Source: Hyphomicrobiales bacterium
GTDB lineage: Bacteria; Pseudomonadota; Alphaproteobacteria; Rhizobiales; Aestuariivirgaceae
Assembly: GCA_031417515.1 (NCBI GenBank)
Contig: JANOVS010000214.1
Span: forward strand, 13,871 to 77,870
DNA length: 64,000 nt
Direction of reading: 5' to 3'
The notes below the pieces were generated by a model, which had not been told where the DNA came from, made no database searches, and saw nothing but the letters and a program-made list of their open reading frames with translations. Shown here one piece after another: positions 9,630-19,063 of this stretch. Both the position numbers and the translations under genes were made by a program. Position 1 is the stretch's first letter, and each line of letters opens with the position of its first letter.

Positions 9630-9968
9630 TTATTTGTTTCTTTTCGTATCTTTGCAGTAGATGTCGTGCAACAACGTCAGCAGCTGCTGCACTTCCTTGC
9701 TGGCTAACGAATAGTAGATTGTTTGGCCATCACGCCGTGTTGACACCAATTTCAAATTCCGCATTTTCGCCAAATGTTGCGAAATGGCACCTTGGGTGAT
9801 TCCGCTGTTGGCAACCAATTCATGCACGGGTTTTTCACCCTCCACCAATGAACACAGAATGAGCAGGCGAACCGGGTTTGCCATTGTACCAAGCAGACTT
9901 GCAACCTCTGTAGCTTTTGCAGCCATGCTATCCATAGTCATGGGTCTATTGGTGAGTGCGTGTTGCAT
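9630..9968 (-). CDS. bigR: ArsR/SmtB-family redox-switch repressor, BigR-like
   Basis: 112 aa winged helix (NPVRLLILCSLVEGEKPVHELV...ISQHLAKMRNLKLVSTRRDGQTIYYSL). It has the two BigR-type Cys, one in LILC and one in the C-terminal DIYC. It is divergent from a YeeE/YedE-blh operon. Confidence 0.8.
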   Translation of the reverse strand: MQHALTNRPMTMDSMAAKATEVASLLGTMANPVRLLILCSLVEGEKPVHELVANSGITQGAISQHLAKMRNLKLVSTRRDGQTIYYSLASKEVQQLLTLLHDIYCKDTKRNK

Positions 9969-9989
9969 GACACAGTTTCTCTTGACACA

Positions 9990-10011
9990 TTAGAATATTC
10001 GAATATGTTAA
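9990..10011. promoter_or_regulatory. candidate BigR operator overlapping a sigma70-like promoter
   Basis: Perfect 12-bp palindrome ATATTCGAATAT at 9995-10006, extended imperfectly to TTAGAATATTCGAATATGTTAA. TTGACA at 9982-9987 and TATGTT at 10004-10009 are 16 nt apart and point toward the yeeE-like gene. Confidence 0.45.
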
Positions 10012-10062
10012 TTTTCAATCGAAATCAAGTCCCCAGCGAAAATAGTCGAATAAGGAACACGC

Positions 10063-10488
10063 ATGCCTACAGAATTCACACCACTTGCCTCATCTATCGG
10101 CGGTGCCATGATTGGGGCATCAGCGGTATTGCTGATGGCCACGCATGGTCGTATCGCTGGCATCAGCGGCATTGCCGTGCGCATGTTCCCGCCCTACCTC
10201 GACAAAGACGCTGCGGGGCGGTTGGTGTTCATGCTGGGGTTGATTGCGGCGCCATTGCTCTATGCAACACTGACGGGGGCCTGGGCCCCAATGACAATCG
10301 CAACAAGTTCGGGTCTGCTCGTTGCTGCGGGATTGCTTGTTGGTTTCGGTTCAGTCTGGGGCAATGGCTGCACATCTGGTCATGGCATCTGCGGGCTTTC
10401 ACGCTTGTCCGTCCGCTCATTGGTTGCGGTAGCCACTTTCATGGCCACTGCCATCATTACTGTTTTTATCACCCGTCACATGATCTGA
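10063..10488 (+). CDS. YeeE/YedE family sulfur-compound transport protein (half-size)
   Basis: 141 aa with 4 TM segments and the motif GNGCTSGHGICGLSR typical of YeeE/YedE (DUF395). Confidence 0.8.
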   Translation: MPTEFTPLASSIGGAMIGASAVLLMATHGRIAGISGIAVRMFPPYLDKDAAGRLVFMLGLIAAPLLYATLTGAWAPMTIATSSGLLVAAGLLVGFGSVWGNGCTSGHGICGLSRLSVRSLVAVATFMATAIITVFITRHMI

Positions 10489-10497
10489 GGTTACAAC

Positions 10498-10953
10498 ATG
10501 AGTTTGCTCGTTCAATTTTTCATCGGTTTGTTGTTTGGTTCAGGCCTCGTTGTTGCTGGCATGTCTGATCCGGCCAAAGTGCAGAACTTCCTTGATCTCG
10601 CAGCGATAACAAGCGGCGGCTGGGATCCAAGTTTAGCCTTCGTCATGGGGGCAGGAACGCTTGTGACGTATTTGGGCTACGCACTGGTTTTGAAGCGGAA
10701 ACAGCCGATGTTTGACAGCCAATTCCATTTGCCGAAAAAAACCGCCATCGACGCTCCCATTGTTGTCGGTCCTGCGATATTTGGCATTGGCTGGGGTCTT
10801 GGCGGATTCTGTCCTGGTCCTGCATTCACAGCCCTCGGGACTGGTTCTGTCCAAGCGATCTTGTTCGTTGTCGCCATGCTTGCGGGCATGGTGGCTGCTC
10901 GACTTTTTGCACTCAGGCAAATTGCAGCATCAACTCCCACATCCAAGGCATGA
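10498..10953 (+). CDS. YeeE/YedE family protein (second half-size subunit)
   Basis: 151 aa membrane protein (GIGWGLGGFCPGPA), 9 nt after the previous gene. Confidence 0.8.
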   Translation: MSLLVQFFIGLLFGSGLVVAGMSDPAKVQNFLDLAAITSGGWDPSLAFVMGAGTLVTYLGYALVLKRKQPMFDSQFHLPKKTAIDAPIVVGPAIFGIGWGLGGFCPGPAFTALGTGSVQAILFVVAMLAGMVAARLFALRQIAASTPTSKA

Positions 10954-10975
10954 CAGAGTTCCAAGGAGTTTGACC

Positions 10976-11869
10976 ATGACAACTCTTCCTTTCAAACCCG
11001 ATAGTACATTGAAACCAGAAGTGACGGCGTTCTTCGACGAACCTACAAACACCGTCACCTATGTGGTGAAAGATCCAAAATCCAATTCCTGCGCCATCGT
11101 CGACAGTGTGTTAGACATCGACTACGCGGCCGGGCGCATTTCATATGGATCAGCGGATCAAGTGATCGACTTTGTGAACAAGAACGCTCTCACCGCTGAG
11201 TGGCACATTGAAACCCATGTGCATGCCGATCATTTATCGGCGGCGCCCTACCTGCAAAAAAAGCTGGGTGGCATGATTGGCATTGGTCGCAACATCACAG
11301 TCGTGCAGGAAACCTTCGGCAAGATTTTCAATGAAGGCACCGAATTCCAGCGTGACGGCAGCCAGTTTGATCAGTTGTTTGATGATGGCGACACTTATCA
11401 GATTGGTTCAATGAGGGCGCAAACCATTCACACACCTGGGCATACACCAGCTTGCATGACCCATGTTATTGGTGATGCTGCTTTTGTTGGGGACACATTG
11501 TTCATGCCGGACGGCGGTTCAGCCCGGGCTGACTTTCCCGGCGGCGATGCACGGACACTTTTTCGTTCCATCAAGCGTGTTCTGAGCTTGCCCAATGAAA
11601 CCCGCCTGTTCATGTGCCATGACTACGGCCCCAATGGTCGCAACATCAAATGGGAAACCACGGTTGCAGAACAACGCGAACATAACATTCACGCCAGGGA
11701 TGGTGTGACAGAGGATCAGTTTGTTGCGATGCGTGAAGCGCGCGACAAAACTCTCGACATGCCAAAGCTGATTATTCCCTCTTTGCAAGTCAACATGAAA
11801 GCGGGCGAGTTGCCGAAGGCAGATGAGGGTGGAAAACGCTTTCTGAAAGTGCCGTTGAACGTGCTTTGA
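10976..11869 (+). CDS. blh: MBL-fold persulfide dioxygenase-like hydrolase (Blh of the BigR operon)
   Basis: ATG at 10976 follows RBS AAGGAG; the ORF-track start at 10712 overlaps the yedE-like gene. The metallo-beta-lactamase motif is ETHVHADHLSAAPY. The N-terminus MTTLPFKPDS...FFDEPTNTVTYVV is as in Blh/ETHE1-like enzymes. Confidence 0.85.
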   Translation: MTTLPFKPDSTLKPEVTAFFDEPTNTVTYVVKDPKSNSCAIVDSVLDIDYAAGRISYGSADQVIDFVNKNALTAEWHIETHVHADHLSAAPYLQKKLGGMIGIGRNITVVQETFGKIFNEGTEFQRDGSQFDQLFDDGDTYQIGSMRAQTIHTPGHTPACMTHVIGDAAFVGDTLFMPDGGSARADFPGGDARTLFRSIKRVLSLPNETRLFMCHDYGPNGRNIKWETTVAEQREHNIHARDGVTEDQFVAMREARDKTLDMPKLIIPSLQVNMKAGELPKADEGGKRFLKVPLNVL

Positions 11870-13611
11870 TGATTGCCATGAAACGTTATTTCCCAATTCT
11901 CGGCTGGGGCCGCAACTATACGCGCGGCAGTTTGGCGAACGACCTTGTCGCCGCTGCAATAGTCACAATCATGCTGGTGCCCCAGTCTCTGGCCTACGCC
12001 TTGTTGGCGGGGCTCCCGGCTGAGGTCGGGCTTTATGCGTCCATGTTGCCACTGGTTGCCTATGCCATTTTCGGCACCAGCCGCACGCTGGCTGTGGGAC
12101 CTGTGGCCGTTGTGTCGTTGATGACAGCTGCAGCTCTCGGTAAACTGGGCCTCTCTGGAGCCGCCGAATATGCTGCTGCGGCTGTAACACTTGCGGCACT
12201 GTCAGGCATCATGCTTCTGGCACTTGGTGTTTTTCGCTTGGGCTTTTTGGCCAACTTTCTATCGCATCCTGTCATCGCCGGTTTTATCACGGCGTCCGGA
12301 CTTTTGATCGCGGCGGGGCAGCTCAAACATGTTCTTGGCATTAAGGCAGGTGGCGAAAACCTGATTGAAATCTTCGAGGCACTTCTGCCCAATCTCTCGC
12401 AAACCAATGTCATCACTCTGGTCATTGGTGGGGCGGCAACGGCATTCCTGTTTTGGGTGCGTAGAGGATTAAAACCCTTGTTGACGCAGCTCGGATTAGG
12501 CCCGCGTCCGGCTGATCTGGTGGCCAAGACAGGTCCCATTTTGGCCTTGGCTGCCACAGCTTTTGCGGCGTGGATGTTTGACCTGGGAACGCAGGGTGTA
12601 AAACTCGTTGGTACTGTACCGCAGGGCTTGCCAGATTTTGCGCTGCCAGAATTTTCGACACCACTTGTGCAAAGCCTGGCGCTGCCAGCCCTGTTGATTT
12701 CGGTCATAGGATTTGTTGAATCGGTTTCCGTAGGTCAAACACTTGCCGCAAAGCGCCGCCAACGCATTGAGCCGGATCAGGAACTGATTGGTCTTGGCGC
12801 ATCAAACCTGGCGGCTTCAGTGTCAGGTGGCTTTCCGGTGACAGGTGGTTTTGCCCGTTCAGTTGTAAATTTTGATGCAGGTGCCGAAACGCCCGCCGCA
12901 GGTGCTTTCACCGCCATTGGCCTTGCCGCAGCCACTTTGTTTCTCACGCCCCTGCTGGCTTACCTGCCGCAAGCAACTTTGGCGGCAACGATCATCGTTG
13001 CAGTTTTGTCACTTGTCGATCTTTCCATTTTGAAGCGCACGTGGAATTACGCCAAGTCGGATTTCGCCGCCGTTATGGCAACCATTCTGCTTACATTGGG
13101 CGTGGGCGTCGAGGCAGGCATCGTTGCAGGCGTTGTACTTTCCATCCTGCTGCACCTCTACAAAACCTCAAGGCCGCATATTGCCATTCTGGGACGCGTT
13201 CCAGGCACCGAGCATTTTCGCAACATCAAACGACACAGCGTTGAAACCGATGCAACACTACTTTCCATGCGCGTCGATGAAAGCCTGTATTTCGCCAATG
13301 CGCGTTTTCTGGAAGATCAAATTTATGCGCGTATTGCAGAGCATCCTTCGACCAAAAATCTCGTTCTGGTTTGCCCCGCCATCAACGACATTGACCTGAG
13401 TGCGCTCGAAAGCCTGGAAAGCATCAATGCCCGACTGAAAGACGCTGGCGTCACATTCCACCTGTCTGAAGTGAAAGGTCCGGTGATGGACAAGCTGGAA
13501 CGCTCGGGATTCTTGCCACACCTGACAGGAAAGGTGTTTCTAAGCCACCATCAGGCCGTAAAAGGGCTACATGAACGAGCAGAACCACAAGGGTCTCTCA
13601 CGCCAGCATGA
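11869..13611 (+). CDS. SulP family anion permease with C-terminal STAS domain
   Basis: The start overlaps the blh stop (TGATG). The N-terminus has the SulP signature (GWGRNYTRGSLANDLVAAAIVTIMLVPQSLAYALLAGLP). The C-terminal STAS has ...LVLVCPAINDIDLSALESL. Confidence 0.9.
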   Translation: MIAMKRYFPILGWGRNYTRGSLANDLVAAAIVTIMLVPQSLAYALLAGLPAEVGLYASMLPLVAYAIFGTSRTLAVGPVAVVSLMTAAALGKLGLSGAAEYAAAAVTLAALSGIMLLALGVFRLGFLANFLSHPVIAGFITASGLLIAAGQLKHVLGIKAGGENLIEIFEALLPNLSQTNVITLVIGGAATAFLFWVRRGLKPLLTQLGLGPRPADLVAKTGPILALAATAFAAWMFDLGTQGVKLVGTVPQGLPDFALPEFSTPLVQSLALPALLISVIGFVESVSVGQTLAAKRRQRIEPDQELIGLGASNLAASVSGGFPVTGGFARSVVNFDAGAETPAAGAFTAIGLAAATLFLTPLLAYLPQATLAATIIVAVLSLVDLSILKRTWNYAKSDFAAVMATILLTLGVGVEAGIVAGVVLSILLHLYKTSRPHIAILGRVPGTEHFRNIKRHSVETDATLLSMRVDESLYFANARFLEDQIYARIAEHPSTKNLVLVCPAINDIDLSALESLESINARLKDAGVTFHLSEVKGPVMDKLERSGFLPHLTGKVFLSHHQAVKGLHERAEPQGSLTPA

Positions 13612-13649
13612 CGCTTTACATGGCCGTCGGCAGTTGTGCGTATGCGATG

Positions 13650-14024
13650 TCACCGCAGTTCATCCACCCTCACCACACGATAGGTTTGTAGTTCATCATC
13701 TTCGCTAACAGACACGTATTCACCGGGTTTAAAAACGTGATCGCCAAAGCGATAGCCAGACTCGTCACCTTCATTGTCGCTGAGGATGTCATAGTGAAAC
13801 GCCCATGATCCGCCGGGCCTTCGGACGAGGTGACCGATGTCATCTTCTTCACCGCGACGGAAACGCCGGACACGGCAACGGTCTTTGCTTTTGTGCCAGA
13901 GCTCCGGTTGAATGTGACCGGTGTCGTCGAGAGGTGCCGTGAACTCGTAACCGATCCCACCGTCGCCCTGTGGGTGTTCGTGCGTCCGTGCCAATTCCAG
14001 ACGGATTTTGCTGAGCGCTGTCAT
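13650..14024 (-). CDS. hypothetical protein (124 aa, acidic)
   Basis: The ORF starts 1 nt after the usp stop, so it is probably co-transcribed. I recognise no motif. Confidence 0.5.
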   Translation of the reverse strand: MTALSKIRLELARTHEHPQGDGGIGYEFTAPLDDTGHIQPELWHKSKDRCRVRRFRRGEEDDIGHLVRRPGGSWAFHYDILSDNEGDESGYRFGDHVFKPGEYVSVSEDDELQTYRVVRVDELR

Positions 14025-14025
14025 T

Positions 14026-14856
14026 TCAGTGACTCATCAGAACTGGTATATTGAGGTTGCGGATGATGTGCCGGGTCGCACCGCCGAACACAAACTCGGT
14101 AAAGCGACTGTGGCCATAAGCTCCCATGATGATCAGTCCGGCACCCTGATCATGGGCGGTGCGCATCAATAGTTCACCAACACCAAGGCCAGAGGAACTC
14201 ATGGTCATGGTTTTCGCCTTGATGCCGTGCCTGTCGAGTGCTTCTGCAATTGCAGCACCTGGAACGGTGCCGGGGCCATCAGGATCAAAAGTGACGACAT
14301 GGGTTCTTTGGGCCAACTGCATAAACGGAACCCCGTCAAAAACCGTGCGCGAAGCCTCGCGGCTGTCATCCCATGCCAAGACGATCTCTTCCATTTTGGG
14401 CCACGATTTTCCTTTGAACGGCAATATGAGGACCGGGCGACCAGCCGCAATGACCAGATTCTCGACGAAGTCATTTTCGACACCAACTGCTTTGTCGCGA
14501 TTGGTTGCAGAAACGACAATCAAGTCAACAGAGCGGCTTTGTTCGACGACGTCTTGCAAGATGTTCGGCATGATGGAATCAACGTCGTGAAAGTCGAAAC
14601 TCAATCCGTCTTGCTTCATCGCAGTTTCGAAGTCTGAACGAATCTTCGATATCTTCTCCTGAAAATAGACCCGCTTTCCGTCATAGACTGAGGCCCCTAC
14701 GGCGGAAGCTGGCTCCGGATAGACCTCAATACCTGGAACAACATAGAGTCCGGTGATATGTGCGCCGAATTTCACGCCAAGATTTCTGGCCATCGCAATC
14801 AGCTGCGGCAGGCGCTCAATTTCGTTCAGGCAAACCAGAATTGTTTTATAAGCCAT
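14026..14856 (-). CDS. tandem-domain universal stress protein
   Basis: 276 aa with two UspA-like halves. The C-terminal ATP-binding pattern is LIIMGAYGHSRFTEFVFGGATRHIIRNLNIPVLMSH. Confidence 0.85.
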   Translation of the reverse strand: MAYKTILVCLNEIERLPQLIAMARNLGVKFGAHITGLYVVPGIEVYPEPASAVGASVYDGKRVYFQEKISKIRSDFETAMKQDGLSFDFHDVDSIMPNILQDVVEQSRSVDLIVVSATNRDKAVGVENDFVENLVIAAGRPVLILPFKGKSWPKMEEIVLAWDDSREASRTVFDGVPFMQLAQRTHVVTFDPDGPGTVPGAAIAEALDRHGIKAKTMTMSSSGLGVGELLMRTAHDQGAGLIIMGAYGHSRFTEFVFGGATRHIIRNLNIPVLMSH

Positions 14857-14907
14857 GATCTTTCTCCACGTTTTGTCTGAGATTATGACGGAGGAAAGCC
14901 TTGGAAA

Positions 14908-14921
14908 TTGATTTTGATCAA
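14908..14921. promoter_or_regulatory. FNR/FixK-type box TTGATTTTGATCAA
   Basis: Perfect match to TTGAT-N4-ATCAA in the usp/fixL divergent intergenic region. The box centre is about 58 nt from the usp ATG. Confidence 0.6.
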
Positions 14922-14994
14922 GCTGACTGCTTTTAGCAATTGAGATTTCAGTGCAGGGGTTTTTCCTGCATAAAAAACATGCTTAAGTCTGCTC

Positions 14995-17040
14995 ATGAAA
15001 ACAGTTGCGTTTACTGCAAACACAGTGACGACTGAAACAGGGTCGTCGCTGAAGCTCGCAGTCTTGTTCGGCGGAGGACTTCTTCTCTACAGCTTAAGCC
15101 AATGGCTGGCCTTCGCAACGCGCCTGCAACCCGAAAACATGCCTATTTTCTGGCCGCCTGCGGGCGTGATGCTGGCTTTGCTCGTTGCCGCACCAATCAG
15201 GATATTTTGGCCGATCGTCTTTGGATTGGCGGTTGCAACGCTGATCTGCAATCACCTCGCAGGGCGTGAATTCAGTTTGAATGTCTTGCTGACCTGCAAT
15301 GACATCTTCACTGGCGTGGTGGGCGCTGCGTTGTACAAAAAATGGCTCGGCAAAGCTTCTCCAGTATCGGGGACGCGGCCCTATGGCACTTTTCTTGTGA
15401 TTATTGCGCTATCCGCCATCTTGTCGGCAACGTTCGGAAGCTTCATTTTGCGATACCAGTTCGGTACTGCTCCGCTTGATGTTTGGCATCACTGGATTGG
15501 TGCAATGGTGCTCGGCCTGCTCGTGGCTACGCCTCTCCTCATCTGTGCCAATGAGCGCAGCATTGTTCCCAACTCGTTCAAGTTTGATGCTGAACTTTTG
15601 ATAGTTTTGATTTTGGGCAGTATTTGGCTCTTCATTGCTCAATCAGGCGCCACTTCTTCACAGTCAATGCGCCTCGCAGCTGACATTGCCATGATACCGC
15701 TGTTGCTTTGGGTGGGCGTCCGCAGGACGGCGCTTGAGGCGAGTTCTTTTCTTGCTATAGTTACGACAATCAAAATCTTGGCATTGGCGCTGGATGCAGG
15801 GCCGGTGAGTCTGAAATCCTGGCCAATTCCAGATGGTGTTTCATGGGTCATGGCAGTGTTTGCCGTGCAATGCGGAGCGGTGTTGATGCTCGTTGCAAAC
15901 CATAGTGAACAAGGGGCGCTCCAGCTTGACAAGGCCGAACAGACAGCGCGCATGCGCTCGATCATCGACGCTGCGACTGACGGCATCATTTCCGCAGACC
16001 ACAAAGGAAAGATCGAGACATTCAGCCGTTCAGCCGAGCGGCTTTTTGGCTATCAAGCGGGTGAAGTAATAGGCAATAACGTCAAGATGCTGATGCCCAA
16101 TCCCTATCGCGATCAGCATGACGGCTATCTGCAACATTATGCTGATACGAGTGAAAAAAAGATCATTGGCATTGGCCGCCTCGTCACCGGATTGCGCAAA
16201 GACGGCACGGAGTTCCCGATGGAACTTTCGGTGGGTGAAGCATTGAACGGCAGCCAGCGCGTATTCACTGGGTTCATCCGTGACGTCACGGAACATAAAA
16301 AGACCGAGCAACGCATGCATGATCTCCAGGATGAACTCCTGCATGTCTCGCGTCTCAGCGCGATGGGTGAACTTTCATCGGCCTTGGCACATGAACTTAA
16401 TCAGCCACTCACGGCAATCAAAAACTATGCACAGGCTGCGGGCATCATGTTGAAAAAGGACATGGGCAAAGAAGAATTACCCGGAATTCTGGCGAAGACT
16501 GTGGAGCAAGCCGGTCGGGCCGGCGACATCATCAAGCGACTCAGAAGCTTTGTCACAGCGAGGCATGTTGAAAGATCGGATCACACGATAAATCAACTTG
16601 TTGATGAAGCCTGTGCGCTTGCCTTGATCGGAGCGCGCGAAGATGGCGTCAAGGCCAGAATCATCCACGGCAACGATATACCCAACCTGAGAGTTGACCG
16701 CATTCAAATCCAGCAGGTGTTGATCAATTTGGTGCGGAACGCCTTTGATGCCGTTCGGCAAAGCCCGGTGCGTGATGTTTCGGTCACTTCAGAAAGGCGG
16801 GCAGACAGTGTGTTGATTTGCGTGTCTGATTCCGGGCCAGGCTTGGCACCCGAAGCAGAAGCCAATCTCTTCAAGCCATTTGTAACGACAAAGCCAGGTG
16901 GCATGGGCATTGGATTGTCTTTGAGCCGAGGTATTGCCGAAGCCCATGGTGGCACGTTAACATACCAGCGAAACGCAGGCGGAGGAGCAGACTTCCTTCT
17001 GACCTTGCCAATAGAAACAGATGACAAAACAAGCAGCTAG
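14995..17040 (+). CDS. fixL: oxygen-sensor histidine kinase FixL (membrane MASE1-like N-terminus, heme-PAS, HisKA, HATPase)
   Basis: The PAS segment MPNPYRDQHDGYLQHYADTSEKKIIGIGRLVTGLRKDGTEFPMELSVGEA...FTGFIRDVTE closely parallels the heme-binding PAS of rhizobial FixL. The H-box is ALAHELNQPL and the G-boxes are SDSGPGL / GMGIGLS. Confidence 0.9.
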   Translation: MKTVAFTANTVTTETGSSLKLAVLFGGGLLLYSLSQWLAFATRLQPENMPIFWPPAGVMLALLVAAPIRIFWPIVFGLAVATLICNHLAGREFSLNVLLTCNDIFTGVVGAALYKKWLGKASPVSGTRPYGTFLVIIALSAILSATFGSFILRYQFGTAPLDVWHHWIGAMVLGLLVATPLLICANERSIVPNSFKFDAELLIVLILGSIWLFIAQSGATSSQSMRLAADIAMIPLLLWVGVRRTALEASSFLAIVTTIKILALALDAGPVSLKSWPIPDGVSWVMAVFAVQCGAVLMLVANHSEQGALQLDKAEQTARMRSIIDAATDGIISADHKGKIETFSRSAERLFGYQAGEVIGNNVKMLMPNPYRDQHDGYLQHYADTSEKKIIGIGRLVTGLRKDGTEFPMELSVGEALNGSQRVFTGFIRDVTEHKKTEQRMHDLQDELLHVSRLSAMGELSSALAHELNQPLTAIKNYAQAAGIMLKKDMGKEELPGILAKTVEQAGRAGDIIKRLRSFVTARHVERSDHTINQLVDEACALALIGAREDGVKARIIHGNDIPNLRVDRIQIQQVLINLVRNAFDAVRQSPVRDVSVTSERRADSVLICVSDSGPGLAPEAEANLFKPFVTTKPGGMGIGLSLSRGIAEAHGGTLTYQRNAGGGADFLLTLPIETDDKTSS

Positions 17041-17626
17041 AACGGTCCATATTGTTGATGATGACTCTGCCCTGAGAGATTCTTTGAGCGTGCTGTTTAA
17101 AGCGCACAGTTTTGATGTGATAACTTACGAGAGTGCAGCAATCTTTCTGCGATCGCTGCCGAAAGTTCCGGGCGGGTGCGCGCTGATTGATGTAAACATG
17201 CCGGGTATGACGGGAATCGAACTTCTGGGCGCTATCAGAACTGCAGGCAGCTCTATTCCCTGCATCATCATGACCGGGTTTGGTGAAATTTCCCTGGCTG
17301 TCAGTGCCATGAAGGCCGGCGCTACTGACTTCATGGAAAAGCCGTTTGAAGACGACATTCTGTTCGAAACCGTTACCCACGTTTTCGCAACGCAAATGGG
17401 AGATGGGTCTTCGCCTGATCCGCGTTTGGCAAAGCTGACGGCGCGCGAACGTGATGTCATGTTGGGAATTGCCCGTGGCCACCAGAACAAGATGATCGCC
17501 CACACGCTCGGCATCAGTCCCCGAACAGTTGAAATTCACCGGGCCCGTGTCATGACAAAGCTTGAAGCTGCAAGCGTGGCCGATGTCGTGAAGTTTGCAC
17601 TCAATCTCGGTCTGCCGACGGGTTAA
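17021..17626 (+). CDS. fixJ: response regulator FixJ (REC + LuxR-type HTH)
   Basis: 201 aa. It has VHIVDDDSALRDSL and DVNMPGMTG, with C-terminal LTARERDVMLGIARGHQNKMIAHTLGISPRTVEIHR. It overlaps the fixL end by 20 nt. Confidence 0.9.
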   Translation: MTKQAARTVHIVDDDSALRDSLSVLFKAHSFDVITYESAAIFLRSLPKVPGGCALIDVNMPGMTGIELLGAIRTAGSSIPCIIMTGFGEISLAVSAMKAGATDFMEKPFEDDILFETVTHVFATQMGDGSSPDPRLAKLTARERDVMLGIARGHQNKMIAHTLGISPRTVEIHRARVMTKLEAASVADVVKFALNLGLPTG

Positions 17627-17698
17627 CAATGTGGCAGGTTGTGATGCTGATCAATGTGCGGGGCTGCAGTTTGCCCTGATATTGGCAACCGACTTTGA

Positions 17699-18091
17699 GT
17701 GAAATGCATGACGCGCCATGATTGCCAGATTTTTGTAGTGGATGACGACGATGCCGTGCGGGATTCGTTATGCCTAATGTTGCGGACTTCGTATCAGAAT
17801 GTAATTGGATATGCTTCAGGTCCGGAGTTTCTTTCTGGCCATCAACTGCGCCAGCGCAACTGTCTGATCATCGACATCCACATGCCTGAAATGACAGGGA
17901 TTGATGTCATCGACAGGCTTGCCGAAATGCATGTTCGTATCCCCGCTATCTTGATGACCGGTCGGATCGATTCCACACTGCGTGCACAAGCCCTTGAATC
18001 AGGCGCCTATGTTCTCCTCGACAAGCCCATTGAATTTGATGAGTTGACAAGTGCAATCGACGGAGCATTTGCCACCTCCAGGCTGCATTGA
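17699..18091 (+). CDS. single-domain response regulator, FixT-like position
   Basis: 130 aa with a receiver domain only (FVVDDDDAVRDSL, IIDIHMPEMTG, MTGR, LDKP). GTG start, with an alternative ATG at 17708. It lies between fixJ and fixK. Confidence 0.75.
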   Translation: MKCMTRHDCQIFVVDDDDAVRDSLCLMLRTSYQNVIGYASGPEFLSGHQLRQRNCLIIDIHMPEMTGIDVIDRLAEMHVRIPAILMTGRIDSTLRAQALESGAYVLLDKPIEFDELTSAIDGAFATSRLH

Positions 18092-18121
18092 TCGGGGTGC
18101 ATACGTAGTTTCCCCTACGTA

Positions 18122-19009
18122 ATGATCCGAACTATTTATTGGACGATTTCAAGTTCATGTTCATTCAATCAGCTCATGCAAAACAAACGCCCAATGGCTG
18201 AAATGATTGGAGATCTTGTCATGCTTAAAACAGCCAGTTACACAGAAAATCACGAAGTATCTGCGTTGGCAATTGTTGGAGAAAATGATAGTCGAAGCCA
18301 CAGTTTCTTGACGGCTGACGATATCAATCAACTATCCCGCGGTCGCTGCGTTGTCCGCAAACTTGAGGCCGGTGTGACACTATTTGATCAGGGATCACAC
18401 AGTGACGGAGTCTACGTCCTGCTGGAGGGTTGGGCGTTCTGTTACAAGGTGTTGGAAGATGGGCGCAGGCAAATTCTGGATCTCGTTTTGCCGGGAGGTA
18501 TACTAGGTTTCAATGCCTCTGAGTTTGCGCAACATGGCGTGGAGGCCAAGACTGAGTGTAAATTTGCGGTGTTCAAGCACCAGGTCTTCACGTCGATACT
18601 TCTGCAGAGTCCGACACTATGCTTGAAGTGCGCCAACCTGTTTGCCCATGCCGAAACGCGCGCATTTGAGCGGCTGTCGCGTGTTGGAAGGCTTTCGGCT
18701 GTTGAGCGGGTTTCGGGTCTGATCGTCGAATTGGTGATGCGTCTACACGCTGTCAGTGAATCGCGCACGAGTGTGCTGAAGCTCATGCTGACTCAGGCCG
18801 AAGTTGCCGACATGCTGGGACTTGCCAAGGAAACGGTGTGCAGGGCGCTGATGTCACTTCGCCGCGCCGGACTCGTGCACTTGGAGGGAAAAGTGCTCGA
18901 TATTCTCGATTTCGATGGTCTTCTCGAAGCCGCAGGAGATGAAAGTGAAGACAACTACGATGAACGCTTTACCCATAGCCAAATAGCTTTCGCCAGAATT
19001 GCGGCTTGA
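18122..19009 (+). CDS. fixK: Crp/Fnr-family transcription factor FixK
   Basis: It has a cNMP-binding-like barrel (VYVLLEGWAFCYKVLEDGRRQILDLVLPGGILGF) and a C-terminal HTH (LTQAEVADMLGLAKETVCRALMSLRRAGLV). There is no N-terminal Cys cluster, so it is FixK-type rather than Fnr-type. The start is uncertain; in-frame ATGs lie at 18176, 18194 and 18221. Confidence 0.8.
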   Translation: MIRTIYWTISSSCSFNQLMQNKRPMAEMIGDLVMLKTASYTENHEVSALAIVGENDSRSHSFLTADDINQLSRGRCVVRKLEAGVTLFDQGSHSDGVYVLLEGWAFCYKVLEDGRRQILDLVLPGGILGFNASEFAQHGVEAKTECKFAVFKHQVFTSILLQSPTLCLKCANLFAHAETRAFERLSRVGRLSAVERVSGLIVELVMRLHAVSESRTSVLKLMLTQAEVADMLGLAKETVCRALMSLRRAGLVHLEGKVLDILDFDGLLEAAGDESEDNYDERFTHSQIAFARIAA

Positions 19010-19063
19010 TTTATCGCAGCCCGCGCCAGCCATAGTCGAACCGACTGTGGCTGGACATTGTTT

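Noticed and set aside
12060-12707. 215-aa minus-strand ORF, and similar long antisense ORFs at 33824-34462, 38526-39389, 55175-55780 and 57785-58342
   Set aside because: All are embedded antisense in genes with unambiguous family signatures (SulP, MttB, desaturase, ABC permease, binding protein). Their composition is Arg/Ala/Pro/Gly-rich and low in complexity.
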